DNA from: an uncultured Candidatus Saccharibacteria bacterium
Lineage (GTDB): Bacteria > Patescibacteriota > Minisyncoccia > Phycocordibacterales > UBA12088
Direction: 5' to 3'
Length of the DNA: 64,000 bases
Assembly: GCA_964521185.1 (NCBI GenBank)
Contig: CAZFRC010000002.1
Span: forward strand, 7,779-71,778
Position 1 is the first letter of the stretch; each line of letters starts with the position of its first letter. Made by a program: the position numbers and the translations under genes. This document shows, one piece after another, positions 38,961 through 52,732 of the stretch. Below the pieces are notes generated by a model. The model did not search any database and was not told the DNA's origin. It worked only from the letters and a program-made list of their open reading frames with translations.

Positions 38961-40748
38961 ATGGAACGTGTGCAAAAACATGTATCGCTACAACCAGTGT
39001 TCCGATTTTTTTGGACGTACGTCAAAGAGCGACGACTGCTCGGAACCATTTCGATTGTTGCCGCTGTATTAGGTTCGTCCGGTAATCTTATTGCCCCCAT
39101 TCTGTATAAAAAGTTTTTTGATCTTCTCTCAACCGGCGATCCGTCTTCTCCGGAAATTGTTAGCTCGCTTATCTCCATTCTTGTACTTATTGGCGGTGTG
39201 TCTGGAATCGTATGGGTGGTTTGGCGTATCCAGTCGGTAGCAAACGTATATTTTCAGGCAAAGATAATGACTTCGCTTGTAAATGCCGCGTTTGCGAAAC
39301 TCCTGCCCCACTCGTACTCATTCTTTACTGGCAATTTCACTGGTTCTCTGGTTCGAAAGATCACTCGACTTCCACGCTCATTTGAATCGATCGCAGACAC
39401 GATCGTATTCAATTTCTTTGGTGTTGCGGCTACCGTCCTTGGTATGCCGATCATCTTGGCAGCACGACATCCGATCCTCGGCATTGGTTTCTTTGTCTTT
39501 GCTCTTACGTTACTCATCCTGCACATCGCTCTTGCCTCATGGAAACAAAAATACAATCTATATGCGGTAGAACGGGATTCAGAATTAACGGGAGCTATTT
39601 CTGATTCGATAGCGAACGAGCATACGATAAAAATATTTGCCAATGAATCCCATGAAGAAGCTCGTATTCAGGAAGTGTCAAGGCGTCTCGAGCAAGCACG
39701 GACGACATCATGGAATATCAGCATTATCATTGAGGCGGTACAGGCGTTGATTATGTTGGTGGCCGAGGTGTTGCTTGTGTACGCAACGATCCAGTTGTGG
39801 AGACAGGGTTTGGTGACCGTCGGCGATTTCGTGCTTATTCAATCATATGTGCTGACGGCGACGGGACAATTATGGAACTTCAATCGCGTCATTCGAGATA
39901 TTTATGAATCACTCGCCGATGCAACCGAGATGGTGGATATTCTAGAGATGCCATATGAGGTGATGGACCCAGCACAACCAGAGCACTTTACAATAACCAC
40001 TGGTTCCATATGCTTTAAAAACGTTTATTTTGAATACCATGGAATACCTCCGATTCTAAAAGATTTTAATCTTTCTATTCTCGGAGGAGAAAAGGTTGCA
40101 TTGGTTGGACCATCGGGAGCAGGCAAATCAACCATTGTAAAACTATTGCTTCGGCTCCATTCCATTTCTTCTGGATCAATTACAATTGATGGGGTATCTA
40201 CTGCCAACAGTACACAGAAGGAATTGAGGAGTGTAATAGGTTTTGTTCCGCAAGAGCCCGCATTATTCCATCGAACGTTATTAGAGAATATTCGATATGG
40301 CAAACTGGACGCGACTGACGACGAAGTCGTTGAAGCGGCGAAGAAGGCACACTGCCACGAGTTCATTACTAGACTTCCAGAAGGATACAATACATATGTT
40401 GGGGAGCGCGGGGTAAAACTTTCAGGTGGAGAACGCCAACGGATTGCCATAGCGCGAGCTATTTTAAAAAATGCGCCCATCTTGGTATTAGACGAAGCCA
40501 CTTCGTCACTTGATTCCGAATCTGAATTATTAATTCAAGACGCGCTTAAGATATTGATGGAAGGTAAGACGGTGATTGTGATTGCTCATCGACTTTCAAC
40601 TATTATGATGATGGATCGCATTATTGTGATGGAAAATGGAGCCGTGGTCGAAGAGGGAATTCATCCTGATCTTGTAGAAAAAGAGGGAGGTCTTTATGCG
40701 AGACTTTGGAACATCCAGGCCGGCGGTTTTGCTGAATATAGTGCATAA
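38961..40748 (+). CDS. ABC transporter permease/ATP-binding protein (exporter type)
   Basis: TM domain, GPSGAGKS, LSGGERQR, LDEATS, IAHRLST. Confidence 0.95.
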   Translation: MERVQKHVSLQPVFRFFWTYVKERRLLGTISIVAAVLGSSGNLIAPILYKKFFDLLSTGDPSSPEIVSSLISILVLIGGVSGIVWVVWRIQSVANVYFQAKIMTSLVNAAFAKLLPHSYSFFTGNFTGSLVRKITRLPRSFESIADTIVFNFFGVAATVLGMPIILAARHPILGIGFFVFALTLLILHIALASWKQKYNLYAVERDSELTGAISDSIANEHTIKIFANESHEEARIQEVSRRLEQARTTSWNISIIIEAVQALIMLVAEVLLVYATIQLWRQGLVTVGDFVLIQSYVLTATGQLWNFNRVIRDIYESLADATEMVDILEMPYEVMDPAQPEHFTITTGSICFKNVYFEYHGIPPILKDFNLSILGGEKVALVGPSGAGKSTIVKLLLRLHSISSGSITIDGVSTANSTQKELRSVIGFVPQEPALFHRTLLENIRYGKLDATDDEVVEAAKKAHCHEFITRLPEGYNTYVGERGVKLSGGERQRIAIARAILKNAPILVLDEATSSLDSESELLIQDALKILMEGKTVIVIAHRLSTIMMMDRIIVMENGAVVEEGIHPDLVEKEGGLYARLWNIQAGGFAEYSA

Positions 40749-40934
40749 ACCTGTTGCAATACCAGAAGATCCGGTGGCATTGCAAGACACAGCTCCGGTG
40801 TATGTATAAGTATGTATAAAAAATTAACGAACGCATAAACGATTCGGCTGCTTTGGTGTGTTGTTCAAGAGAAAGGTTATTATTTTATAATATTTTGAAA
40901 ATGAGTTCGGTTAATTAATAAGTTAAACCTACCT

Positions 40935-42285
40935 ATGTATACCAGGAATGAATCGGAACATAACTCCATATCCGAAGCGCCACATCACGAAAGAACTTCC
41001 AGAGAGCTTCCTGATGATTTGCGTACATTAGGGCGAGAAATCACAAAGCTAGCCGAGGCGAGGGAACGCGGTCCGAAGCTTGAATTTCCTGATGCATACC
41101 CCAACGAGGCTGAATTTGTTCGTCGCTTCGTATCTGCCATATCACAGATTTGGATCGATGGTGTCGAAAGAATATGGAATGAAAAACAGCGCGGATATTA
41201 CCACTATTTATTTGAGACTCTCGCCTCACTCAAAGGTGGTCCAAAGGGATTACAGGAGTTCATTTCCACACGTCTTGCCGAGCTCATAGACACCATTGTG
41301 CATGGGGAAATTGAAGACATCGATATGTACCACGCGTGCGAGTATGGTGACAGCGCGCTTTCACTTCTTGCCCGATATGGAGCAAGCGTTGAATTGATAC
41401 GATTGCGGATGCCGGAGCTGGTTCGTACTATCGTCATCCCACCGCATATCTCGAATGAGGGAGGTGTGACGAATGACAGTGGGGCGGTGTTATTTCTATG
41501 TGGGTATGGGGCCAGAACCAATGCGTACAAAGGAATTTTCAACTTCATGAATAAGCCAGTTATTGCGTATCAGCTTCCTTACACTGGTGGGTGATCAGCC
41601 AGAGAAAGTCGGTGAGGCGTTTAACATGGTATATGAAACGATAATGAATGATCCTGACCTTTCGAAAGTTACGCATATCATCGGAAACAGTACCGGAAGT
41701 ATGTTTGCAAGCAAAATAGCAGCCACAGTAGCTACTTCAAGACAGCACGTCACAGACCCTCTTTCTGTGGCACTTGTTCAGACAGGTACGGGTTGGTGCG
41801 ATGCGATGGAGCGTACACAGTCCCTCTTTGCGCGCCAACTTCGACATTCGATGAGACGGCAACCAGGTTCCTTTATTCCTACAACGTTCGAGGATTTCAG
41901 AAACTATACTACTCGCTATGATCCTATAACGAATGCCCCAGACCTTGCGCGGGAGGTGGCGAAGGAGAAGCTTCACCTCAGCTTATTTTTCGGTATGGGA
42001 GATAAAATGATTACTCCCGACCCAAAACTCGTCAATCCTTTACTAGAATCTCTAGATGGTAATGGGGCCAGAGGGAAATATGAAGCTTATTCTTCCGATG
42101 TCGTTGGCCACAACGCCTCCATGCTGTATTTCCTCTGGCTTTCGAGAATGGGAGCTAGCCGATGGTCTGAAATTTTTTCTTTTCCAAACAGTAATCGTAG
42201 TCAATCGCAACTTACCGAAAGAATTATTGCGAAACATACGCGCAAAAAGAATCGTTCTTTCATAGCTCGTCGTTCAGATAAATAA
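40935..42285 (+). pseudogene. Alpha/beta hydrolase split across two frames (40935-41594 and about 41590-42285)
   Basis: ORF1 ends with AVLFLCGYG...IAYQLP; ORF2 carries HIIGNSTG (GxSxG), GDKMI and VVGHN; +1 offset at GGG TGA 41589-41594. Confidence 0.65.
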
Positions 42286-42311
42286 GGATATCGTAAGTCC
42301 TTATTTATCTG
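42277..42311 (+). terminator. Hairpin at the end of the hydrolase gene
   Basis: CAGATAAATAAGGA-loop-TCCTTATTTATCTG. Confidence 0.6.
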
Positions 42312-42391
42312 CCCCAACCGCCATCTCCTTGTCTATAACACTACCTTACCAGCATGGGATTTTACCAAATGCGGTGGACGAGTGTAGGTAT

Positions 42392-42545
42392 TTGACAGTT
42401 TTCTAAATAACCGTATACTGTCCTCTACGCATTTATGAGTACTAACAAAAAACCAACGAGCGCATAGCGAAACGGCTTGGCCGCTTTGATATGCCGCTCG
42501 AAAGAGCGGTTTTTTAGTGCTAACGAATGCCTGATTCTTTGACAA
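42392..42545 (+). promoter_or_regulatory. Dedicated 23S promoter and boxA-like antitermination element
   Basis: TTGACA-16-TATACT (42392-42419); TTCTTTGACAA at 42535-42545. Confidence 0.7.
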
Positions 42546-42755
42546 ATCAATCCCGTCCCACGTGTTCGATTAGGCCTTCGGGCTTAGTCAGGGTCTTTCT
42601 GCTTTCTGATGAGGGAAGTCGAATAACAGGTGGAGGCGGATGGGTAAAATAAATGAAGGCAAAAATCACATCAGCTCACCATTGTTGTATGGTGTGTTGA
42701 TTACGAGCATAACAACAAAGCACACACACGTGCGGTTTGTAGGTGTCCACATGCG

Positions 42756-46212
<3,457 letters not shown>

Positions 46213-46333
46213 TTCGCACGAGGGCGTTTACAAGCCGCGCGCGTGGGTGTTTTGTTGATTTGTTCGAGTGAGAATGCTAAAAATTTTTTTACCTAGTTTT
46301 GAAATTTCAATAGTGATATTTTGCGGCTATTGT

Positions 46334-46440
46334 TCCTAGTGTTTTATCGGAGAGGAAACACCCGTTCTCATTCCGAACACGGCAGTTAAGCTCTCTTGAG
46401 CCGATGGTACTCGAAAGGGGAGAGTAGGTAAATGCTAGGA
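46334..46440 (+). rRNA. rrf: 5S rRNA
   Basis: CACCCGTTCTCATTCCGAACACGGCAGTTAAG, GCCGATGGTACT, GAGAGTAGG; terminal stem TCCTAGT/GCTAGGA. Confidence 0.95.
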
Positions 46441-46611
46441 ACAATATCTACAAACGACATAAACACTGTGAAGCTCCGTCGAATCACCGGTATTACACCC
46501 ACGTATCTTTGGTTTCGTATGGAAAACGTCTACTACACTAAACTTCAACAACAAGGGGAGTTTCCATAGGTAGATTTTGACAAACCTATTTTTCGTGATA
46601 AATATCTTTCA

Positions 46612-46948
46612 GCCAGTCTAAGGACAGGCAGGGAGGGAAATTTCTCCTTTCTGTCCTTGTGCCCAGACCCGCCCCACAACGGGGGTTTGGGAGGCGCCTT
46701 CCGGCAAAGCCTCTCCTTGCAATGAGAGGGGGTCGTGTTGCTCGGTGTCCGCAAGAGCCCTCAATACTCAGGGGGTCTGTGGGTACTTGGCATGAGACCT
46801 TCTCATCACCAAGAAGGATGAGTGCCGCCGGGTAGCTTCCCCGCGAGCAGTGCGAGTTGAAGGAAGAAAGATGCGAAGACTTGGACAGGGATAACCCCCT
46901 AGCTCGGTCTCTGTAGAACCTTTCTCCTTGCACGCTCGCGGGGGGCTA
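46612..46948 (+). ncRNA. Unidentified GC-rich, multi-helix structured RNA candidate
   Basis: Nested helices with G-U pairs on + strand, TTGACA upstream, no convincing ORF. Confidence 0.6.
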
Positions 46949-47015
46949 AATATTTTTATGCTGGCAACAGAATAGTAATGGTAGTAGTTTTTAAATAACG
47001 GAGTACACTAACAGT

Positions 47016-47774
47016 ATGCCGTGGGCACTTGGTCGAAAACTCATGTATCTTGCTGGAACAGCGTTATTTGTTTCGGCGCTTGTTGGTATTCCTCTCTATC
47101 TTATCTTTCAAGAGGACCCATCGTGTGTTGATGGATTGCAAAATCAAGATGAACGGGGGATTGATTGCGGCGGTGTATGCCAAATACTTTGTCTTTCCGA
47201 GATAAACGATCTTGATATTTTGTGGAGCCGTTCGTTTAAGGTAGCAGATGGCGTGTACAATGCCGTCGCGTATATTGAAAACACTAACTTTACGGCTACT
47301 GTACGAGATTTGCCATATATCTTTGAGCTGTATGACAATAAGAATGTGCTCATTGCTGAACGTCGTGGAGAAGTGACGCTTTCTACAAATGGCGCAACTC
47401 CCATATTCGAACCTGCTATTCAAACGGGTACTCGTGTTCCCGAACGCACCTTTTTTCGATTTACTGCGACAAAACGTTTTGTTGCCACTTCGGCTTCAAA
47501 ACCGACGATTGAAGTTGAGGAAAAGACACTTATCAGTCCGGAAGATCATCCACGGGTTACTGCTGAGCTTAGAAATAATTCTGTTGACTCATATCGAGAC
47601 GTCGAAGTAGTTGCGATTGTGTATGATCGTTCAAGCAACGCTATTGCTGCATCTAAAACCGAAATACCAGTTTTTTCCCCTCATTCATCTCGCCCGGTTG
47701 TGTTTACGTGGCCGGCCGCGTTCTCAACCACTACGGCTCTTCGTATTGAGGTCATTGTGAAGATTCCTCTTTAG
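47016..47774 (+). CDS. Membrane-anchored protein with Cys-rich motif and FxLYD-like Ig domains
   Basis: TM, SCVDGLQNQDERGIDCGGVC, YIFELYD, VAIVYD. Confidence 0.6.
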   Translation: MPWALGRKLMYLAGTALFVSALVGIPLYLIFQEDPSCVDGLQNQDERGIDCGGVCQILCLSEINDLDILWSRSFKVADGVYNAVAYIENTNFTATVRDLPYIFELYDNKNVLIAERRGEVTLSTNGATPIFEPAIQTGTRVPERTFFRFTATKRFVATSASKPTIEVEEKTLISPEDHPRVTAELRNNSVDSYRDVEVVAIVYDRSSNAIAASKTEIPVFSPHSSRPVVFTWPAAFSTTTALRIEVIVKIPL

Positions 47775-47782
47775 ACGTATAT

Positions 47783-48949
47783 ATGGTATTCGATTGGTTT
47801 TCTCGGTTGCTTAATCGCGCCACTATTGACTGGCCACTGCTTTTGTCGGCGATCTGCATTTCGCTCCTCGGTCTTGTTACCATGTACTCATTCACTGCGA
47901 ACGATTCTTTTTTTGCACGTCAAACAATCTGGATTGTACTTAGTGTCCTTGTGGCGCTTATTACATCGGCTATCGATCTTCGTTTCTTGAAGCGAACCAA
48001 TACCGTGGTAATTCTTTACAGCTCGGTTGTTATTGCACTGATCGCGGTTCTGGTTGTCGGCAAAGTGATACAAGGTGCGCAAAGCTGGTTTGATTTTGGG
48101 TTTTTTGTGGTCCAACCATCGGATCCTGCGAAGCTTGCGCTTATTATCTTGCTTGCCAAATATTTTTCAAGACGCCACATAGAAATTGCAAATATTCGAC
48201 ATGTGCTGGTATCTGGTTGGTACGCAGGACTTATCGCCCTCCTCATTCTTCTTGAGCCTGATTTCGGTTCCGCGGTGATCGTTGGAGGGGTATGGTTTGG
48301 CATGATGCTGCTTTCTGGAATATCGAAACGTCACGTGTTTGCGCTGCTTGGCATCGGATTTGTTGGGGTGGTACTCATATGGACGTTTGTATTTCAAGAT
48401 TATCAGAAAGAACGGATTATTAGCTTTCTCCATCCTCTGACCGATCTTCAGGGTGCTGGCTATAACGCCTACCAGTCGACAGTTGCCGTGGGTTCAGGAG
48501 AGTGGTTTGGTAAGGGAATCGGATACGGCACACAGTCAAAACTCCAGTTTCTTCCCGAGTACCAAACAGATTTCATTTTTGCTGCCTTTGCGGAAGAGTG
48601 GGGATTTGTTGGTGCCACCATGCTTGTGATGCTCTACGGAGTGGTGGTATGGAGACTTCTCCGTTTGGCGCTTCATAGCGTATCAAATTTCGAAACATTG
48701 TTGGCGTGTGGTGTAGCAATTTTGTTTTTAAGTCACCTCACTATTCATATCGGGATGAATATCGGGCTTCTCCCTGTTACGGGAGTCACTATTCCTTTCA
48801 TGAGCTACGGCGGTTCTCATCTTATGACCGAGTATTTTGCCCTTGGGATCGTCATGGCTCTTTCTCGGCATAGCCGAGGGCTGCATAAGGGAGATTCTGG
48901 ACATGAGATCCTTGATTCAAAAGAATTTGAGCGGCCGCTCATTTCTTAA
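47783..48949 (+). CDS. rodA: SEDS family protein (RodA/FtsW)
   Basis: GAQSW, QPSDPAK, EPDFGS, GYNAYQS..AVGSG, FLPEYQTDFIF, PFMSYGGS. Confidence 0.88.
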   Translation: MVFDWFSRLLNRATIDWPLLLSAICISLLGLVTMYSFTANDSFFARQTIWIVLSVLVALITSAIDLRFLKRTNTVVILYSSVVIALIAVLVVGKVIQGAQSWFDFGFFVVQPSDPAKLALIILLAKYFSRRHIEIANIRHVLVSGWYAGLIALLILLEPDFGSAVIVGGVWFGMMLLSGISKRHVFALLGIGFVGVVLIWTFVFQDYQKERIISFLHPLTDLQGAGYNAYQSTVAVGSGEWFGKGIGYGTQSKLQFLPEYQTDFIFAAFAEEWGFVGATMLVMLYGVVVWRLLRLALHSVSNFETLLACGVAILFLSHLTIHIGMNIGLLPVTGVTIPFMSYGGSHLMTEYFALGIVMALSRHSRGLHKGDSGHEILDSKEFERPLIS

Positions 48950-48952
48950 CGA

Positions 48953-50158
48953 TTACCGTCCATTGGTATATACCGCAATGGTTTGTTTGATCATAGATTC
49001 AAAGCTAAAGGCGGTTGCTACTCGTTCGGCGAACGCACTACTCATCATGTGTCGCGCATGCGTGGCATGGCAGAGATGTGTGATTGCGTGTGCCAGCGCC
49101 GTCGAATCTTCTTTTGGAAACAATATTCCGCATGGAGCGTCTTCTTGTAGTATTTCAGGTATTCCTCCCACATGTGCGGCAATGATTGGAACACGGGCGA
49201 TTCCTGCCTCAAGGAGCACATATCCGAATGCTTCTGATCGAGAAGGCAGCACTACCACGTCGAAGGCGGGAAGATAGGTGGCCGCATCTTTAATGTGTCC
49301 CAAAAAAATACATTGATGAGTGAGGCCTAGTGAATCGCGAAGTTTTTCAAATCGAGCTCGGTCGGCTCCGTCGCCAATAAAACACCACACAAACGTCTCA
49401 ATCTTTGAAATCTCTTTTGCTGCGCGAAGAGCCACATCAATGCCTTTTGTGTGAATGAGTTCTCCGATCGTCACCATCCACGTCGCATTTTTCTGTATTT
49501 GCTGCAGTGCAGGAGCGCGCTGTGTTAATGCGTCGCGCGCCATATCTTTTTGGAGTAATGTATCAGGGGTAATAATTCCAAGATGAATTACCCGCATGCG
49601 GTTTTTGCATCCAGGAAGTGCGATCATGGGTGCAGCTAATGCTTCTGAGACAAGAATAGTGTGATGTGCCAGTAGCACAGTCATCCAATGCAAAAAACGA
49701 ATGACTTCACGTACTGCTTTGGAGCGACTTTCATTAAACGCCCATCCATGGGCAGTAAAAATGATACGGGGGACTCGCGCCAAACGGCCGGCGCATGCGC
49801 CAAGTCCCCCAATTTTTGAACTATTAATATGGAGTATATGGGGGCGCTCAGATTGAAGTAGCCGGATAAGTGCGACAAGCACCTGTAATTCTCGTATGAG
49901 CGATCGAATTACGCGTATGGGATTAATCATCGACCATGTATCTTTCAGCATGGGTACGTCGTAGTGTAATTTCTCTAGAGAAATCGTTCGAATGCCACGC
50001 TCTTTCAAGCGTTCGTATAATGGACCTGTCCCTCCAAGTACTACCACAACCTCAAAACCCTTAGAGCTAAGATGTGTCGCCAGGTCGTATACATAGCGTT
50101 GAGCACCCCCCCAGTTCGACTTAGTGACCATGTACATTATTTTCTGTTTGCCTTCCAT
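48953..50158 (-). CDS. GT4 family glycosyltransferase
   Basis: TKSNWGGAQRYV, FTAHGW, PSRSEAFGYVLLEAG, VGGIPEI. Confidence 0.92.
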   Translation of the reverse strand: MEGKQKIMYMVTKSNWGGAQRYVYDLATHLSSKGFEVVVVLGGTGPLYERLKERGIRTISLEKLHYDVPMLKDTWSMINPIRVIRSLIRELQVLVALIRLLQSERPHILHINSSKIGGLGACAGRLARVPRIIFTAHGWAFNESRSKAVREVIRFLHWMTVLLAHHTILVSEALAAPMIALPGCKNRMRVIHLGIITPDTLLQKDMARDALTQRAPALQQIQKNATWMVTIGELIHTKGIDVALRAAKEISKIETFVWCFIGDGADRARFEKLRDSLGLTHQCIFLGHIKDAATYLPAFDVVVLPSRSEAFGYVLLEAGIARVPIIAAHVGGIPEILQEDAPCGILFPKEDSTALAHAITHLCHATHARHMMSSAFAERVATAFSFESMIKQTIAVYTNGR

Positions 50159-50224
50159 AACGTCAGTATACAACTTGCGAAAGGTCTCAGGTGTTGTATG
50201 GTGTGAAGGACATAATACCTTCCT

Positions 50225-51622
50225 ATGCATACCCACAATCGATTTGAGATCGTCCTGCTCCTCGTTGGTGACGTGGCTTGCTTTGTCGGTGCTTTGTATT
50301 TGTCCCTTGTGTTACGTTCCTTCGAAATCCCTTCAAGCAGCACGCTCCTCCTTCATATCAAACCTTTTTCTGGACTTTTTCTGCTATGGATTGGAATTTT
50401 TTTTATCGTGGGTCTCTATGATAAACAGACTCTTTTTTTGAAAAGCCAATTACCGTCTCGCATAGTTTCAACTCAATTCATCAATGTGGTGCTTGCCGCG
50501 ATGCTTTTCTTTGTTATGCCGAACATCGGGATAGCACCGAAGACAGTCCTGTTCATTTATCTCGTCATGTCCTCGGTACTTATCGTGTGGTGGCGTCTCC
50601 GTATATACCCAGGGATTCTTCCACGCCATCGCGAACGGGTACTTTTAATTGGCGAAGGGTCTGAAATCGAGGAACTGTTTTTTGAAGTGAATACCCATGT
50701 TCGCTACAATTTTGAATTTATTCGATTTGGTGAACATCAAGGCAAACAGAGCAACAAGCATGCTGAAGGGAACGCTCTTCTTGAAGTCATAGAGAGGGAA
50801 AGGGTTTCTACTATCGTCGCGGACACTCGAAACGAGCGTATAACTCCATTACTGCCGCTCGTTTTCAATCTCACGCTTCTCGATACAAAATTCTCTTTCT
50901 TTGATGCGGCAAAAGTATACGAAGATATTTTTGGTCGAGTTCCACTCTCGTTCTTCAAATACACTTGGTTTCTTGAACAAATCACATTGTCATCGCACAT
51001 AGTCTACGATATAGCCAAACGAGGCATTGATATCATCGGAGCCTTGTTACTCGGATTGCTGTGTCTTGTCGCGTATCCTTTTATTGCGCTTGCGATAAAA
51101 TTTGATGACGGCGGCGCTGTTTTTATCAGACAGGATCGCCTTGGGCTTCATAATAGCCGTATTCGGGTGTATAAATTTCGTACCCGTATGCAAAATGACT
51201 CGGGGGTATGGGAAGGGGAAAACAAGAATATTCCTACTCGCGTTGGGTATTTTTTACGAAAAACGTCTCTCGATGAATTACCCCAGGCATGGAATATTTT
51301 GATTGGAGAGATGTCTCTTGTCGGGCCACGGAATGATATTATAGGCATTGCGACACGACTTGAAGAAACCATTCCTTATTACCCCATTCGATACGTTGTT
51401 AAACCGGGTGTTACCGGATGGGCACAGACACATCAGGCATATGCTCCGGGGCGTATTAGTCCGCAATCGCTCGAAGAGTCAAAGGTGCGGCTTGCCTATG
51501 ACTTGTATTACATCAAGAACCGCTCCTTTTTGCTCGATATCTCTATCGCACTTCGAACGGTACGCACACTGCTTGAGCGGCTTGGGGTAAAGTTTGAATC
51601 GCGCCGTATCATTATGTTATGA
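50225..51622 (+). CDS. Priming polyprenyl-phosphate glycosylphosphotransferase (WcaJ/WbaP-like)
   Basis: KRGIDI, YKFRT, LRKTSLDELPQ..NIL.GEMSLVGPR, KPGVTGWAQ, DLYYIKN. Confidence 0.92.
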   Translation: MHTHNRFEIVLLLVGDVACFVGALYLSLVLRSFEIPSSSTLLLHIKPFSGLFLLWIGIFFIVGLYDKQTLFLKSQLPSRIVSTQFINVVLAAMLFFVMPNIGIAPKTVLFIYLVMSSVLIVWWRLRIYPGILPRHRERVLLIGEGSEIEELFFEVNTHVRYNFEFIRFGEHQGKQSNKHAEGNALLEVIERERVSTIVADTRNERITPLLPLVFNLTLLDTKFSFFDAAKVYEDIFGRVPLSFFKYTWFLEQITLSSHIVYDIAKRGIDIIGALLLGLLCLVAYPFIALAIKFDDGGAVFIRQDRLGLHNSRIRVYKFRTRMQNDSGVWEGENKNIPTRVGYFLRKTSLDELPQAWNILIGEMSLVGPRNDIIGIATRLEETIPYYPIRYVVKPGVTGWAQTHQAYAPGRISPQSLEESKVRLAYDLYYIKNRSFLLDISIALRTVRTLLERLGVKFESRRIIML

Positions 51623-52692
51623 GCACTACTCTATGTATTACAGGAGGAGCAGGGTATGTGGGCGCCATGCTCATTGATCAATTTTCTAAGCGCGACGATG
51701 TGGCAAAGATTGTCGCGCTCGACAAAGAACCAATACCGGAGTTAGTATCTCGCAATCCAAAGGTAATCTGGGTGCAAGCGAATACGTCTGATGGCACTTG
51801 GCAAGAAAAAATACGTGCGCATGCTCCCTCCGTCGTTATCCATACCGCATGGCAGATTCGCGAACTCTATGGCAATCGCGAGCTGGAGTGGAAATGGAAC
51901 ATTGAGGGTTCGGACGCGGTATTTGATTTTGCTTTTTCCGAATCGTCTGTCACAACGCTCATTCATTTTTCAACAGTTGCGTCGTACGGGGCGTTTCCAG
52001 AGAATACGATCGACCATCAGTATACTGAGGAAGAACCGTTTCGAGAATCAGAATATTTGTATGCCGAGGAAAAAAGGATCGCGGAAGCCCATTTGAAAGA
52101 GCGATATGAACGCTCGAAAAACAAAAGAATTGGACCGAAGCGAATTTATATTATTCGACCCGCTGCAATCACCGGACCCCGCGGACGTTTTTCCCGTATT
52201 AGATTTGGACTTCAATCGGCGCTTTCTGGCAGCCTCTCAAAGGAGAAATCATTTTTGTATACGTTAATTTCCTTATGGGTGTCATTTGTTCCTGTAACGC
52301 CAAGATGGCTTCGTCAGTACGTTCATGAAGATGACATTACTGATATCACCGCACTTCTCGCGTTTACCAAAACCAAAGAAACTTTCGAGATATTTAATGC
52401 TGCCCCCCCTGGCCTTCCTGTGCTTGGCGCAGACATGGCGGCAGCGGTTGGAAAACGCACTGTTCCGATTCGCCCCTGGATGGTTCGCCTTGCCTTTTTT
52501 ATCATGTGGCATGTGACGCGAGGGCGCATCCCAACTTCCCCAGGAAGTTGGCGTGGATATTCTTATCCGATCCATGTTAACGGAAGTAAAATAACCCGGA
52601 TGTATGGATACCAATATCGTTACCAGTCGATTGACGCGTTTCGTTTGACGGCAGGACGGTATGAGTATGTTGTGCCAAAAGAATCGCGTTAA
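51619..52692 (+). CDS. NAD-dependent epimerase/dehydratase
   Basis: ITGGAGYVG, STVASYG, YAEEK (YxxxK), IIRPAAITGP. Confidence 0.88.
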   Translation: MSTTLCITGGAGYVGAMLIDQFSKRDDVAKIVALDKEPIPELVSRNPKVIWVQANTSDGTWQEKIRAHAPSVVIHTAWQIRELYGNRELEWKWNIEGSDAVFDFAFSESSVTTLIHFSTVASYGAFPENTIDHQYTEEEPFRESEYLYAEEKRIAEAHLKERYERSKNKRIGPKRIYIIRPAAITGPRGRFSRIRFGLQSALSGSLSKEKSFLYTLISLWVSFVPVTPRWLRQYVHEDDITDITALLAFTKTKETFEIFNAAPPGLPVLGADMAAAVGKRTVPIRPWMVRLAFFIMWHVTRGRIPTSPGSWRGYSYPIHVNGSKITRMYGYQYRYQSIDAFRLTAGRYEYVVPKESR

Positions 52693-52732
52693 ACCATAGT
52701 ACGTATAGATATCTTAACTTTCATTTCGACAT

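Noticed and set aside
41589-41594. UGA recoding (genetic code 25) as the cause of the split hydrolase
   Set aside because: The continuation is in a different frame, and conserved genes such as murD and murC end normally at TGA
42606-42630. Second CTGATGAG in the 23S leader
   Set aside because: No stem II, and GAATA rather than GAAA; the segment pairs with upstream TTCGATT
46612-46948. RNase P, tmRNA or group II intron identity for the structured island; minus-strand ORFs of 69 and 115 aa
   Set aside because: Conserved signatures absent on both strands; the ORFs have no recognisable protein features
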